Positions 51,142 to 60,063 of a stretch of 64,000 bases of DNA are shown piece by piece (within the stretch, counting starts at the first letter, position 1; each line of letters starts with the position of its first letter). The notes under the pieces were generated by a model. The model did not search any database. It was not told the origin of the DNA and worked only from the letters and a program-made list of their open reading frames with translations. The translations under genes and the position numbers were made by a program. Source of the DNA: Gemmatimonas sp. (GTDB taxonomy: Bacteria > Gemmatimonadota > Gemmatimonadetes > Gemmatimonadales > Gemmatimonadaceae); assembly GCF_044376735.1 (NCBI RefSeq), contig NZ_JBILKJ010000007.1, forward strand, positions 68 to 64,067. The letters are read 5' to 3'.

Positions 51142-51809
51142 CCGATCCGGCGATTCCCACCGGTGCTGTCACGCACACCGTGGCCGGCGAGCACGTGGTG
51201 CTCTTACCCGACCGCGCCATCTGGATTCCCGAGCGCCGCATGGTGATCGTGGCGGATCTTCACTGGGGCAAGGCCGCCGCGTTCCGGGCCGCGTTCGTGC
51301 CGGTCCCCACCGGCACCACCGCGCGCGACCTCGCGCGACTTACCCGCGTGCTGCACGAGACCGCGGCCACGTCGCTCGTGGTGCTCGGTGACCTCCTGCA
51401 TGCGCGTGCTGGCCGACACGTCGATACCTTGGCCGAGATTGGTGCGTGGCGCGACGCACACCGCGCGCTCGATATCACGTTGGTGCGTGGCAATCACGAT
51501 ACCCACGCCGGTGATCCGCCGGCCTCCCTGGGCATCACCTGCGTAGATGCCCCCTACGCCATTGGCCCGCTCATCGGCGTGCACGAGCCGCAAGAACATC
51601 CCGACGGCTACGTGCTGGCGGGACATCTGCACCCCTACGTGTCGGTGCGCGGTCGCGGTCGTCAGCACGTACGACTCGCCGCGTTCGTCTTCGGCCCACG
51701 CGTTGGTGTGCTCCCGGCGTTCTCGAGCTTCACCGGCACCGGCATGTACGAGCGGTCGGAGCAGGATACACTGTTCGTGATCGCCGATCGTGACGTGATC
51801 GCGCTGTAG
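51138..51809 (+). CDS. pdeM: Ligase-associated metallophosphoesterase/endonuclease PdeM (MPE)
   Basis: ADLHWGK; LGDLLH; GNHD; HEP; GHLHP; LPAF..FTG. Confidence 0.9.
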   Translation: MTDPAIPTGAVTHTVAGEHVVLLPDRAIWIPERRMVIVADLHWGKAAAFRAAFVPVPTGTTARDLARLTRVLHETAATSLVVLGDLLHARAGRHVDTLAEIGAWRDAHRALDITLVRGNHDTHAGDPPASLGITCVDAPYAIGPLIGVHEPQEHPDGYVLAGHLHPYVSVRGRGRQHVRLAAFVFGPRVGVLPAFSSFTGTGMYERSEQDTLFVIADRDVIAL

Positions 51810-51863
51810 CGGCAGCGAGGCCTGCGGTCTGACTCACCGCGCGTCGCTCGTTGGCAGGATGGT

Positions 51864-51999
51864 AACTGCCGGAACACGGATGACACCGATCACACAGAAC
51901 CCACACGGATAAGCAAACAGCGCCAACGTAGCGTATCGCGCACACGGAGCAGATCCGTGTCGTTACCGTGCAATCGGTGTGATCCGTGTTCCGGCAGTT
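51864..51999. repeat. 136-bp MITE/REP-like palindromic element with about 9-nt periodic arms
   Basis: Perfect 18-bp terminal IR AACTGCCGGAACACGGAT/ATCCGTGTTCCGGCAGTT; arms of about 47 bp with ACACGGAT-like units. Confidence 0.85.
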
Positions 52000-52036
52000 C
52001 ACGATCCACCGGATCACACAAGCGCGTGTGGATCGC

Positions 52037-52402
52037 TCAGCGGCGAATCGCCACCCGCCACACCCACCACATCAGCAGCGGCTGCAAGGGCAACCGCAGC
52101 CAGAGCCCGGCGATGTACCCAACCGACGCATGGGCAACCCGCGCCTCATTCAGCATGTGAATGTTCGCCGGCAGCACGGCCACGAGCAACGCGATCAATC
52201 CCCACGCCGCGGCCACCCGCGTGGCCGGTATCAGTAAGCCAATCGCGCCCAGGATCTCGAACACGCCGCTCACGTACGTCGCCAGCCGCGCATTCGGCAC
52301 CCACGGCGGTACGATGCGATCGAAGAAGCCCGGCATCACGAAGTGCAGCACGCCGGCGATGAAGAACAGCAACGCCGGACCGATCGCGGCCTTGGGTATC
52401 AC
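52037..52402 (-). CDS. DoxX-like small membrane protein
   Basis: AGVLHF; IVPPWVP; SGVFEILGA.GL; PANIHM; RLPLQ. GTGA overlap with the HD-GYP stop. Confidence 0.85.
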   Translation of the reverse strand: MIPKAAIGPALLFFIAGVLHFVMPGFFDRIVPPWVPNARLATYVSGVFEILGAIGLLIPATRVAAAWGLIALLVAVLPANIHMLNEARVAHASVGYIAGLWLRLPLQPLLMWWVWRVAIRR

Positions 52403-53865
52403 GTGAGATAGTCCCGGAGCCGTATGCCGAAGCGGTCGGCTTCCTCCGTGCGAATGATCGTGCGCAGGTGCTGTCCGGATGCATCCTTCTCGCACAGATC
52501 CAGCACGGTCGCATCGTCCACGGGGTTTTCCCGTGCGTCGAACAGCCTCCGAATCTTCGGGCGCGCGGGCGGCTTCCCCTCCTCACTGGCGGCGACCACG
52601 AGCGCGATCTCATTGCTGTCCAGCCGCACGAGCGTCCCGATCGGATAAATGCCCATCATCCCGGTGAAGACCCGCACCAACAGCGGATCGAGCCCGAGTC
52701 GCGGATTGTTGTGCATCCCGCGAATGACATCCGCGGCCGACCATGGATTGGGCTGATACACGCGAGTCGAGGTCGCCGCGTCGAAGCCGTCCACGATGGA
52801 GACGATCCGGCTGAAGAGCGACATGTCCCGCGCGTGCACCGTGCGTGGATAACCGCTGAGATCGAGGCGCAGGTGATGCTCGTAGGCCACGGTCATGGAC
52901 CGCCAGGCACGTGCGGTCGAACCGCTCATCGCGAACAGCGCCAGCACCCCTTGCCAGGTGTGTCCCTTCAGCACCGTGAACTCGTCGTCGGTGAGCTTCC
53001 CGGGCTTGTTGAGCACGTCGATGGGGACGCGCGTCTTGCCGATGTCATGCATCAACGCCGCGAGTCCCAGATCGAGCAGCTGGAGCTTGGACAACCCGAT
53101 ACGGCGTCCCAATGCCACGGCCAGAATGCAGACGTTGACGCTGTGGACGAACGTGTACTCGTCGAAGTCGCGCAGCGTGGTCATGCCGATCAGGGAGTTG
53201 TCATCGATCATGATCTGGTCGATGACGGCCTGTACCGCGCGCTTCGCCTGCCGCAGCGCGGGGGTACGGCCCATGCGGACGTCCGTCATCAGCTGTCGCG
53301 TTGCCATCAAGGACTGCAGGAAGGTGAGCCGCGTCCGCTCCTGTGCCGTGCCTTCGTCCCGATCCGTCAGATCGTCGACCGCCGGCTCGATGACGAAGTC
53401 CGGCACGCCCGCGCCCTCGAGCTGTGCCACGATCTGTAGCCGACGTTCGGCGGCGAGAAGCCCCGGCGTGGGCGTGAGAAATGCCGACAGGAGCGCGACC
53501 CATGCCGCAGGATCGGGGCGGCCCGTGACGAGAACGCCCCCCACGCCCGCCTCTCGGAAACGACCCGACACATGCGAGATTTCGGCGTACGTATCGAGCT
53601 GAATGCGCAACCGGGTGCCACTCACGAACACGTAGTCGCCGACACACTGGATTTCGCACCGTTCCGTCGTCTGGAGCAGCTCCGCCACCGACTGATCGAG
53701 CGCGACGAGCGCCGCGTTGACCACCGTGCTTTCCCGCGGATACAGGCGGAGTGCCCGCAAGCCCCGATGGAACGACTGCAGCACGTTCCGGGCATGCTCC
53801 TGCGAATCGGGGTTATCCGCCGCCGCCGATCGTGGCGGCGGCGTGCCATCGCCGAGCACGCTCAT
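52399..53865 (-). CDS. HD-GYP domain phosphodiesterase with uncharacterised N-terminal domain
   Basis: YTFVHSVNV; MHDIGK; HHLRLDLSGYP; VDGFDA; GIYPIGTLVRL. Confidence 0.9.
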   Translation of the reverse strand: MSVLGDGTPPPRSAAADNPDSQEHARNVLQSFHRGLRALRLYPRESTVVNAALVALDQSVAELLQTTERCEIQCVGDYVFVSGTRLRIQLDTYAEISHVSGRFREAGVGGVLVTGRPDPAAWVALLSAFLTPTPGLLAAERRLQIVAQLEGAGVPDFVIEPAVDDLTDRDEGTAQERTRLTFLQSLMATRQLMTDVRMGRTPALRQAKRAVQAVIDQIMIDDNSLIGMTTLRDFDEYTFVHSVNVCILAVALGRRIGLSKLQLLDLGLAALMHDIGKTRVPIDVLNKPGKLTDDEFTVLKGHTWQGVLALFAMSGSTARAWRSMTVAYEHHLRLDLSGYPRTVHARDMSLFSRIVSIVDGFDAATSTRVYQPNPWSAADVIRGMHNNPRLGLDPLLVRVFTGMMGIYPIGTLVRLDSNEIALVVAASEEGKPPARPKIRRLFDARENPVDDATVLDLCEKDASGQHLRTIIRTEEADRFGIRLRDYLT

Positions 53866-55565
53866 GGCGCACCTCGCATCGCTTGACTCACGGCCCGGCG
53901 AACGAGGGCATCGGACGTATCGGCCGCGCGCTCAAGACTGCGCGTCGCCTGCGCCGTGCCGATCAATCCCAGTCCATACGCCGCACACATCCGCAGTTCG
54001 GATGATTCCCGGTGACCGAGCAGGTGTCGTCGGTGGAGGATCACGTCGAGCGTGGCGGTAGCCTCGTCGTGGCCGGCGGCCGCCAAGGCCTCGACGAAGG
54101 CGCGCTTCTCGCTGAGGTCCGCGCGGCGAAGCACCTTGGCCGCGATCTCCTGCAGGAGTCGCGGAAACGCCGGGCGATAGCGCGCCGCCGTGATGGCCCG
54201 GAGCGCCACCATCCGAACATCGCGAAGCTCGTGCCCCACGGCGCTCTGCAGAGCATCCATCGCCTCGGGGGACGCGATCGCCGCCAGCAGCGTGGCCGAT
54301 CGCTGCTGCGCGAACTCCGCACCTGAACGGAGCAGTTTGGACAGCTGCGCGACCATGGCCGGACTCGCGACCTCGCGAGCGAACAGCAGCGCCCCCCGGA
54401 CCACCGAATCCCGCGAATCGTCCAGGAGGCGCGGCAACAGGGTCGGCTGGTCGCTCAGCTGGCGTGTGACGATCGCCTCGATCGCGTCGCGAGACGACGT
54501 CGGTGGTGCGTCGGCGAACCACACGATCAGCGGAATGAGCGGCTCGTATCCCAGTCCGTCCAGCAGCGTCTCGAGCAGGGCCGGCTCCGCCTCGAACCGT
54601 CCTCGCTCAACCGACGCGAGTAGTCCGTTAACGGCCGGCGCGTCATTCATGCGCGTGGCGAGCGCACTGATCGCACGTCGGCTGTCATTGGCGCTCTGCA
54701 CCCGGGCCAGCACCGCCCGTGCGTCGCGCAGAATACGGACGCCGACCGGGTAATCCTCGGCCGCCACGGCCTTGAGCAGCAAGCCATCGAGGATGTCGCA
54801 CACCTCGAGCCGTACATCAGCGCTATCCTGCACTTCGAGGATGTCAAACAGACTGTCGAGCACCGCGGAGAATCCGTCGCCCTCGTACTCCTGCCGGATC
54901 GCGGCCTGCAAGACCGCGGTCTCCTCTGGCTTGAGAAAGTGCAGCGTCGGCGCCTCATTCTCGAGCGGAATCTGCCACGGCGTGGGCGTATCGCCGAGCG
55001 CTGGAGACTCGATCACCTGCGCCGCGGTCGGCTCCCCGGTCACCGGGCGCACCGACGGCGCACCGCCCTCGCCGCTACTCGGGTCGTCAAAGTCCTGCAG
55101 CAGCTCGACGTTCCGGTAGGTCAGGAGCTTGAAATCCGCCAACCAGAGCCGAGTAATGAGATCATCGTCGTCCGTGGTGGCTTCCCGCGCCTGCTGCAGA
55201 ATGTCCAGCAGCATATCCAGCTCTTCCTCTTCGAAACCCGGCTGCAGGTCGATCCGGCGCAGGCCGTCACGGAACAGGAGCCACGGCAGCGCCGCACTGT
55301 TCCGCTCATCGTCGCGATACACCTCGCGATCATCCGACCGCAGCTGCTGCTCCGTGATGGTCAGCGACAATTCGTCTTCCTCCAACCAGAACACGCGAAA
55401 GGCTTCGCGGGCGTCTTTCCGCGCCTTCGGTCGCATCGGGCTGTTCGGCAGATACATCTGCGACGCCCGATGCGCACGCACGAACGCCCGGATCACGTTC
55501 GCGAGATTCTTGCTTCGCGACCGCGCACGCTGCTGTTCCGTTTCGTGAGTTGAATCAGCCGACAT
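53862..55565 (-). CDS. HEAT-repeat protein with N-terminal domain resembling that of the neighbouring HD-GYP protein
   Basis: C-terminal repeats DSVVRGAL, RDVRMVALRAI, ELRMCAAYGLG, DALVRRAV; ATGA coupling to the HD-GYP gene. Confidence 0.8.
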   Translation of the reverse strand: MSADSTHETEQQRARSRSKNLANVIRAFVRAHRASQMYLPNSPMRPKARKDAREAFRVFWLEEDELSLTITEQQLRSDDREVYRDDERNSAALPWLLFRDGLRRIDLQPGFEEEELDMLLDILQQAREATTDDDDLITRLWLADFKLLTYRNVELLQDFDDPSSGEGGAPSVRPVTGEPTAAQVIESPALGDTPTPWQIPLENEAPTLHFLKPEETAVLQAAIRQEYEGDGFSAVLDSLFDILEVQDSADVRLEVCDILDGLLLKAVAAEDYPVGVRILRDARAVLARVQSANDSRRAISALATRMNDAPAVNGLLASVERGRFEAEPALLETLLDGLGYEPLIPLIVWFADAPPTSSRDAIEAIVTRQLSDQPTLLPRLLDDSRDSVVRGALLFAREVASPAMVAQLSKLLRSGAEFAQQRSATLLAAIASPEAMDALQSAVGHELRDVRMVALRAITAARYRPAFPRLLQEIAAKVLRRADLSEKRAFVEALAAAGHDEATATLDVILHRRHLLGHRESSELRMCAAYGLGLIGTAQATRSLERAADTSDALVRRAVSQAMRGAP

Positions 55566-55589
55566 CGTTCTCCACTGGTGCCGTGGGGA

Positions 55590-56843
55590 CTACTTCAAGG
55601 CGCCCAACAGGCGTTCTACGAATCCATTCACTGAGGCGTTCGAATCGATCCAACGAACCACGGCGACGACATCGTTCACCGGGTCCACGTAGATGATGTT
55701 GTTCCCGGCGCCGACATGCACGAAGGCCTGCGGCGGTGCCGCCGGCACGTACTTCCGGTCGGTGTTCACAAACCAGTTCATGTACCCGTAGGTCGGTTGC
55801 GCCGGCGTGGGCGTGAGCGCCTTCGTGACCCACGCATCGGAGAGCAACCGCGTGGCGCCCCATACGCCACGGCGCTGCGTGAGCAGACCGAAGCGCGCCA
55901 TGTCCCAGGCGTTGATCATCATGCCGCCGCCCCAGTGGCCGCCACCGCTCACCGACTGCACCAGTTTGCCGTCGAGGACGATCCACGAGTTGTCGTAGCC
56001 GTACCAACGCCACGTGTTCGACGCACCGATCGGCTCCATGATCCTGGTCCGAAGGATCTCCGGCAGCGGCTCACGCCACACCTGCAGCGCCGCCAACGCC
56101 AGCACGTTCACCCGCGTGTCGTTGTACTCGTAGGCTGACCCGGGCTCCACGCGCGGGCGCGTCGTCCAGGTGCTGACCTGCTGAGCCGGACGATCGGCCC
56201 ACTCCGGTTTGCCCCACAAGGTGCCTTCCCAATCGCTCACCTGTCGCAACAGGTGATCCCACGTCAGCCGGCGATTGTGCGGACTGTCGAACGGACGCAA
56301 CCACTTCGCATCGCCCGGCCAGTCGGCGCCAAGTCCGGTGCCGTTGGGATACGCGCGCAAGATCGGCGGCATCACCTGCGACACCGTGTCGTCTACGCTG
56401 CGAATGCGCCCCGCATCGAAGGCCAGCCCCACCACCGTACTCAGGAAACTCTTGGTGACGCTGTTCGAAATCTCGACCGCGTTGGGATCACCCCACGTGG
56501 CCACCACGTAGCCTTTGCGGAGAATGACGCCCGTGGCGCCGCCGCGCGGCGCCAGCGGCCCGATGGCGGCCCCAAAGGGCTCGCGACCGAATGTCTGATA
56601 GTGATTGAGCTCGAGATCGCGCGGCGTCTTGCTCTCCTTCTCGATGGCGTAGGCGATGGCGTCGGCCAGCTTCACCGAATCCATCCCCATCGTCGACGGC
56701 GAGCGGCGTTCCCACGTCCCCGCCGGCGGCACATACGGCGCCGCGGCGGCACTCTTCTTTTGCGCCAGCGCCGGGGCAGTGAGCCCCGACACCAGCGCCG
56801 TCACACTCATAACCCGAAACCCAACACTCAAAACTGTAGTCAC
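55590..56843 (-). CDS. Serine hydrolase, beta-lactamase/PBP-like (NylB/AmpC family)
   Basis: SVTKS (SxxK); YEYND; DMARFGLL; HVGAGNN. GTG at 56843 overlaps the upstream stop; ATG at 56810 is an alternative. Confidence 0.85.
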   Translation of the reverse strand: MTTVLSVGFRVMSVTALVSGLTAPALAQKKSAAAAPYVPPAGTWERRSPSTMGMDSVKLADAIAYAIEKESKTPRDLELNHYQTFGREPFGAAIGPLAPRGGATGVILRKGYVVATWGDPNAVEISNSVTKSFLSTVVGLAFDAGRIRSVDDTVSQVMPPILRAYPNGTGLGADWPGDAKWLRPFDSPHNRRLTWDHLLRQVSDWEGTLWGKPEWADRPAQQVSTWTTRPRVEPGSAYEYNDTRVNVLALAALQVWREPLPEILRTRIMEPIGASNTWRWYGYDNSWIVLDGKLVQSVSGGGHWGGGMMINAWDMARFGLLTQRRGVWGATRLLSDAWVTKALTPTPAQPTYGYMNWFVNTDRKYVPAAPPQAFVHVGAGNNIIYVDPVNDVVAVVRWIDSNASVNGFVERLLGALK

Positions 56844-59800
56844 GCAATCGGTCCCTTCTTCTTCACACCGCCAATCACCCCGGGCACGTTGTACTTCTGC
56901 AGCAGGGCGTTGAAGGCGTTCACGTCCACCGTTTCCACCTGCTCCACCTCGGCCTTGAGCGTCTGCCACAGCTTCTCGAGCTCCACCAACCGATCCTTCA
57001 CCGGCTGCGTGAGTTCGCTGTTGCCTTCCACTTGGCCGAGGAGGAAGCCGTACTGGCCGTTGATGCCGTTGGCGTAGTTGATGATGTCCTGCCCGTTGCC
57101 GGCCTTGGTCGTCATCTTCGGATCCAGTGCGCCCAGCTTGGTCGTGAGCGTGCGGCCCGCCTTGGCGATCGTATCCGGCGCACTCGTTTCCTTGGCGCGC
57201 GTCACGAAGCCCTGTACCTGCGTTTTCAGATCACGCACGCGCAGCACCGCTTCGTGAATCTCGTTGATACGGTTCGACAGCAGGTTCGCCACCGAATCCC
57301 GCTCAGCCACCGCCAGTGCGGGTACGTCGAGCCGCGGATCCTGCTGCACCTCGAGCTTCTGCGTGAGCACGGTGGTGCCCATAGTGAGACGTACCGTGTA
57401 CGTGCCCGGCACCACACGGGCTCCGCCATCGCCCGGCGCGCCGAACAGCAGCACGCCAGCCAACCGCGCCGGCGCCGCACGCCGCAGGTTCCAGTTGAAC
57501 GTGTTCAGCCCCGGCTTCACCGTGAGCTTGTTTACCGTATCGCCCTTCGTGGCGAAGGAGCGCACCACGCCGTTCTTCGCGTCAAGGAACTCCAGCAGCA
57601 ACGTGGTGGCCGTATCGGGCGCGGCAGCCAGGCGGAAGTTGATCACGGCACCGTATGGCGGGTTCCTGCCGGCGCCGCGCGGCGCGCCGAAGCCACCACC
57701 GCTGCCGGCCAGCACCGCAGCACGCGGCGCGTACAGATGCACCGCCGCCTTCTCGATCGCATCGGCGCGCTGACGCAGTACCGAGAGATCGTCGAGAATC
57801 CAGAAGGCGCGCCCTTCCGTGGCGGCGATCAGATCACCGTGCTTCACCTGCAGGTCCGTCACGGGCACCACCGGGAAATTGCCGCGGAACGGCAGCCACT
57901 GCGCGCCCGCATCGTACGACACGTAGACCCCGGTTTCCGTACCGGCATACAGCAAGCCTTTGCGCTCGGTGTCTTCGCGCACCACACGCACCGGTTCGCC
58001 GTCGCGCAGGCCATTCACGATGCGCGTGAACGTGGCGCCGTAATCCTTCGACACGAAGATGTGCGGCGTGGGGTCGCCCACGCGATCCTTGCGGAACGAC
58101 ACGTAGATCGTGCCCGCATCGTGCGGCGAGATCGCGATCTCGTTCACCAGCCCATCGCCCCACGCGGCCGGCGTAACGTTCGTCCACGTCTTGCCACCGT
58201 CGCGCGTGCGCTGAATGAGTCCATCATCGGTCCCCACATACAACGTGTTCGCGTCATGCGGCGACTCTTCGATCACCACGATGGTGGCGTACACTTCGCC
58301 GCCGGCACCTTCGTTGGTGATCGGACCACCGCCCCACCCCTGACGCGTCTTGTCGTTGCGCGTGAGATCGCCCGAGATCGGCGTCCAGCGCTGACCGCGC
58401 GTCGTCGTCTTGAACAGCACGTTGCCGCCGTGGTACACGACCTTGTCGTCGTGCATCGACACTTCGATCGGCGCCGTCCAGTTGAAGCGGTACTTCGTCT
58501 TGTCGGTCGGCTCCGTGAGATTCATCTCGGGCCAGGGCATGATCGTGCGCGTGAGGCCGTTGGTCGCATCCTGCTCGTCGATGAGCCCCTGATAGCAGCC
58601 ACCGTACACGTAGCGCGGGTTCTTGGCGCTCACACCCATGTTGGCGCTCTCACAGCCCGGGCCTTCGGTCCACTCGCGGATTCCGATGCTGCCACCATCG
58701 CTCCGCGACTGGATGATCACCGAGCTGTTGTCCTGCTGGCCGCCGTACAGCTTGTACGGAAAGCCGTCGTCCACCGCCACATGATAGAACTGCGACGTGG
58801 GCTGGTTGTCCTGCGTGCTCCAGCTCTTGCCGCCATCCAGCGAGATCGACGCGCCGCCATCGTTCGCGTTGATCAGGTAATTCGGATTGGTCGGGTTGAT
58901 CCACAGCTGGTGGTTGTCACCATGCGTGGCCGACACACTCGCAAACGTGCGGCCGCCGTCGATGCTCTTCATCACGGGGGCGTTCATTACCCACACGACA
59001 TCGGCATTCTTCGGATCGGCGGTGATGTTCATGTAGTACCACGACCGCGTCTGAATCAGGCGATCACCCGACATCTGCCGCCACGTCTTGCCGGCATCGT
59101 CGCTGCGAAACAGGCCGCCATTCTCCGCCTCCACGATCGCGTACACACGATCGGGATTGGCCGGCGACACCGACACGCCGATCTTGCCCACCAGCTTCGG
59201 CAGTCCGTCCTGGGCGCGCTTCCACGTGTCGCCGCCGTCCACCGACTTCCAGATCCCGCTGCCGGCGCCACCGCTGCGCACCATCCACGGCGTCCGCTGA
59301 TGATCCCACATCGCCGCGTACAGAATGCGCGGGTTCGTGGCGTCCATCGACAGGTCGCTCGCGCCGCTGAAGGCGTTCTCCCCCTTCAGCAGCTGGGTCC
59401 ACGTCTTGCCGCCATCGGTCGTGCGATAGATGCCACGGTCACTCGTGCCCTTCCAGCGATCGCCTTGCGCCGCGACATACACCACGTCGGGGTTGCTCGG
59501 ATGTACACGCACCGCCGAGATCTGCCGCGAGGTGGCGAGGCCGATGTGCGTCCAGGTGCGTCCCTGATCGGTGCTCTTGTACATGCCGTCGCCATAGGTC
59601 GACGACTGGCCACGGATCGCGTGCTCTCCCATGCCCACGTAGATCACATTCTCGTCGCTCGGTGCCACCGCGATCGCCCCCACCGACCCCGTCTTGAAGA
59701 ATCCGTCGGAGATGTTGCGCCAGCCGTTGCCGGCGTCGTCCGTACGCCACAGCCCGCCGCCGGTATAGCCGGCGAAGTACGTGAGCGGCTGCGACGGCAA

Positions 59801-59995
59801 TCCCACCGCAGCCACCGACCGGCCGCCGCGGAACGGGCCGATGTTGCGCCACGACAGGGCGGTGAACGTGGTCGAATCGAGCACCGGGAGGCCGGCCACG
59901 GCGCGCGCAGCCTGGGCGTCGGCAACCGACGGCGCGACAGCGGTCTGAAGCAGGACACCGCAGCAGAGCGGAGTCAGAAGAGCAGGGAAACGCAT
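56840..59995 (-). CDS. VPS10/BNR repeat secreted glycosyl hydrolase-like protein (paralog of 31074-34352)
   Basis: WRNIGPFRGGRS; repeated Asp-boxes; GGQQDNS. Confidence 0.88.
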   Translation of the reverse strand: MRFPALLTPLCCGVLLQTAVAPSVADAQAARAVAGLPVLDSTTFTALSWRNIGPFRGGRSVAAVGLPSQPLTYFAGYTGGGLWRTDDAGNGWRNISDGFFKTGSVGAIAVAPSDENVIYVGMGEHAIRGQSSTYGDGMYKSTDQGRTWTHIGLATSRQISAVRVHPSNPDVVYVAAQGDRWKGTSDRGIYRTTDGGKTWTQLLKGENAFSGASDLSMDATNPRILYAAMWDHQRTPWMVRSGGAGSGIWKSVDGGDTWKRAQDGLPKLVGKIGVSVSPANPDRVYAIVEAENGGLFRSDDAGKTWRQMSGDRLIQTRSWYYMNITADPKNADVVWVMNAPVMKSIDGGRTFASVSATHGDNHQLWINPTNPNYLINANDGGASISLDGGKSWSTQDNQPTSQFYHVAVDDGFPYKLYGGQQDNSSVIIQSRSDGGSIGIREWTEGPGCESANMGVSAKNPRYVYGGCYQGLIDEQDATNGLTRTIMPWPEMNLTEPTDKTKYRFNWTAPIEVSMHDDKVVYHGGNVLFKTTTRGQRWTPISGDLTRNDKTRQGWGGGPITNEGAGGEVYATIVVIEESPHDANTLYVGTDDGLIQRTRDGGKTWTNVTPAAWGDGLVNEIAISPHDAGTIYVSFRKDRVGDPTPHIFVSKDYGATFTRIVNGLRDGEPVRVVREDTERKGLLYAGTETGVYVSYDAGAQWLPFRGNFPVVPVTDLQVKHGDLIAATEGRAFWILDDLSVLRQRADAIEKAAVHLYAPRAAVLAGSGGGFGAPRGAGRNPPYGAVINFRLAAAPDTATTLLLEFLDAKNGVVRSFATKGDTVNKLTVKPGLNTFNWNLRRAAPARLAGVLLFGAPGDGGARVVPGTYTVRLTMGTTVLTQKLEVQQDPRLDVPALAVAERDSVANLLSNRINEIHEAVLRVRDLKTQVQGFVTRAKETSAPDTIAKAGRTLTTKLGALDPKMTTKAGNGQDIINYANGINGQYGFLLGQVEGNSELTQPVKDRLVELEKLWQTLKAEVEQVETVDVNAFNALLQKYNVPGVIGGVKKKGPIA

Positions 59996-60063
59996 CGGGA
60001 AACGCCTGGCAGGGGTGGAAGAGAGACCCGTAAAAGTTAGTATCGACCGATACTCTCCGGAGT

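Noticed and set aside
45997-51809. Novel anti-phage defence system
   Set aside because: Matches the already described ligase-associated DNA repair cluster.
57032-60040. 1002-aa plus-strand ORF (also 40365-43079, 38280-40247, 3157-4953)
   Set aside because: Antisense shadows of real high-GC genes; no motifs and biased composition.
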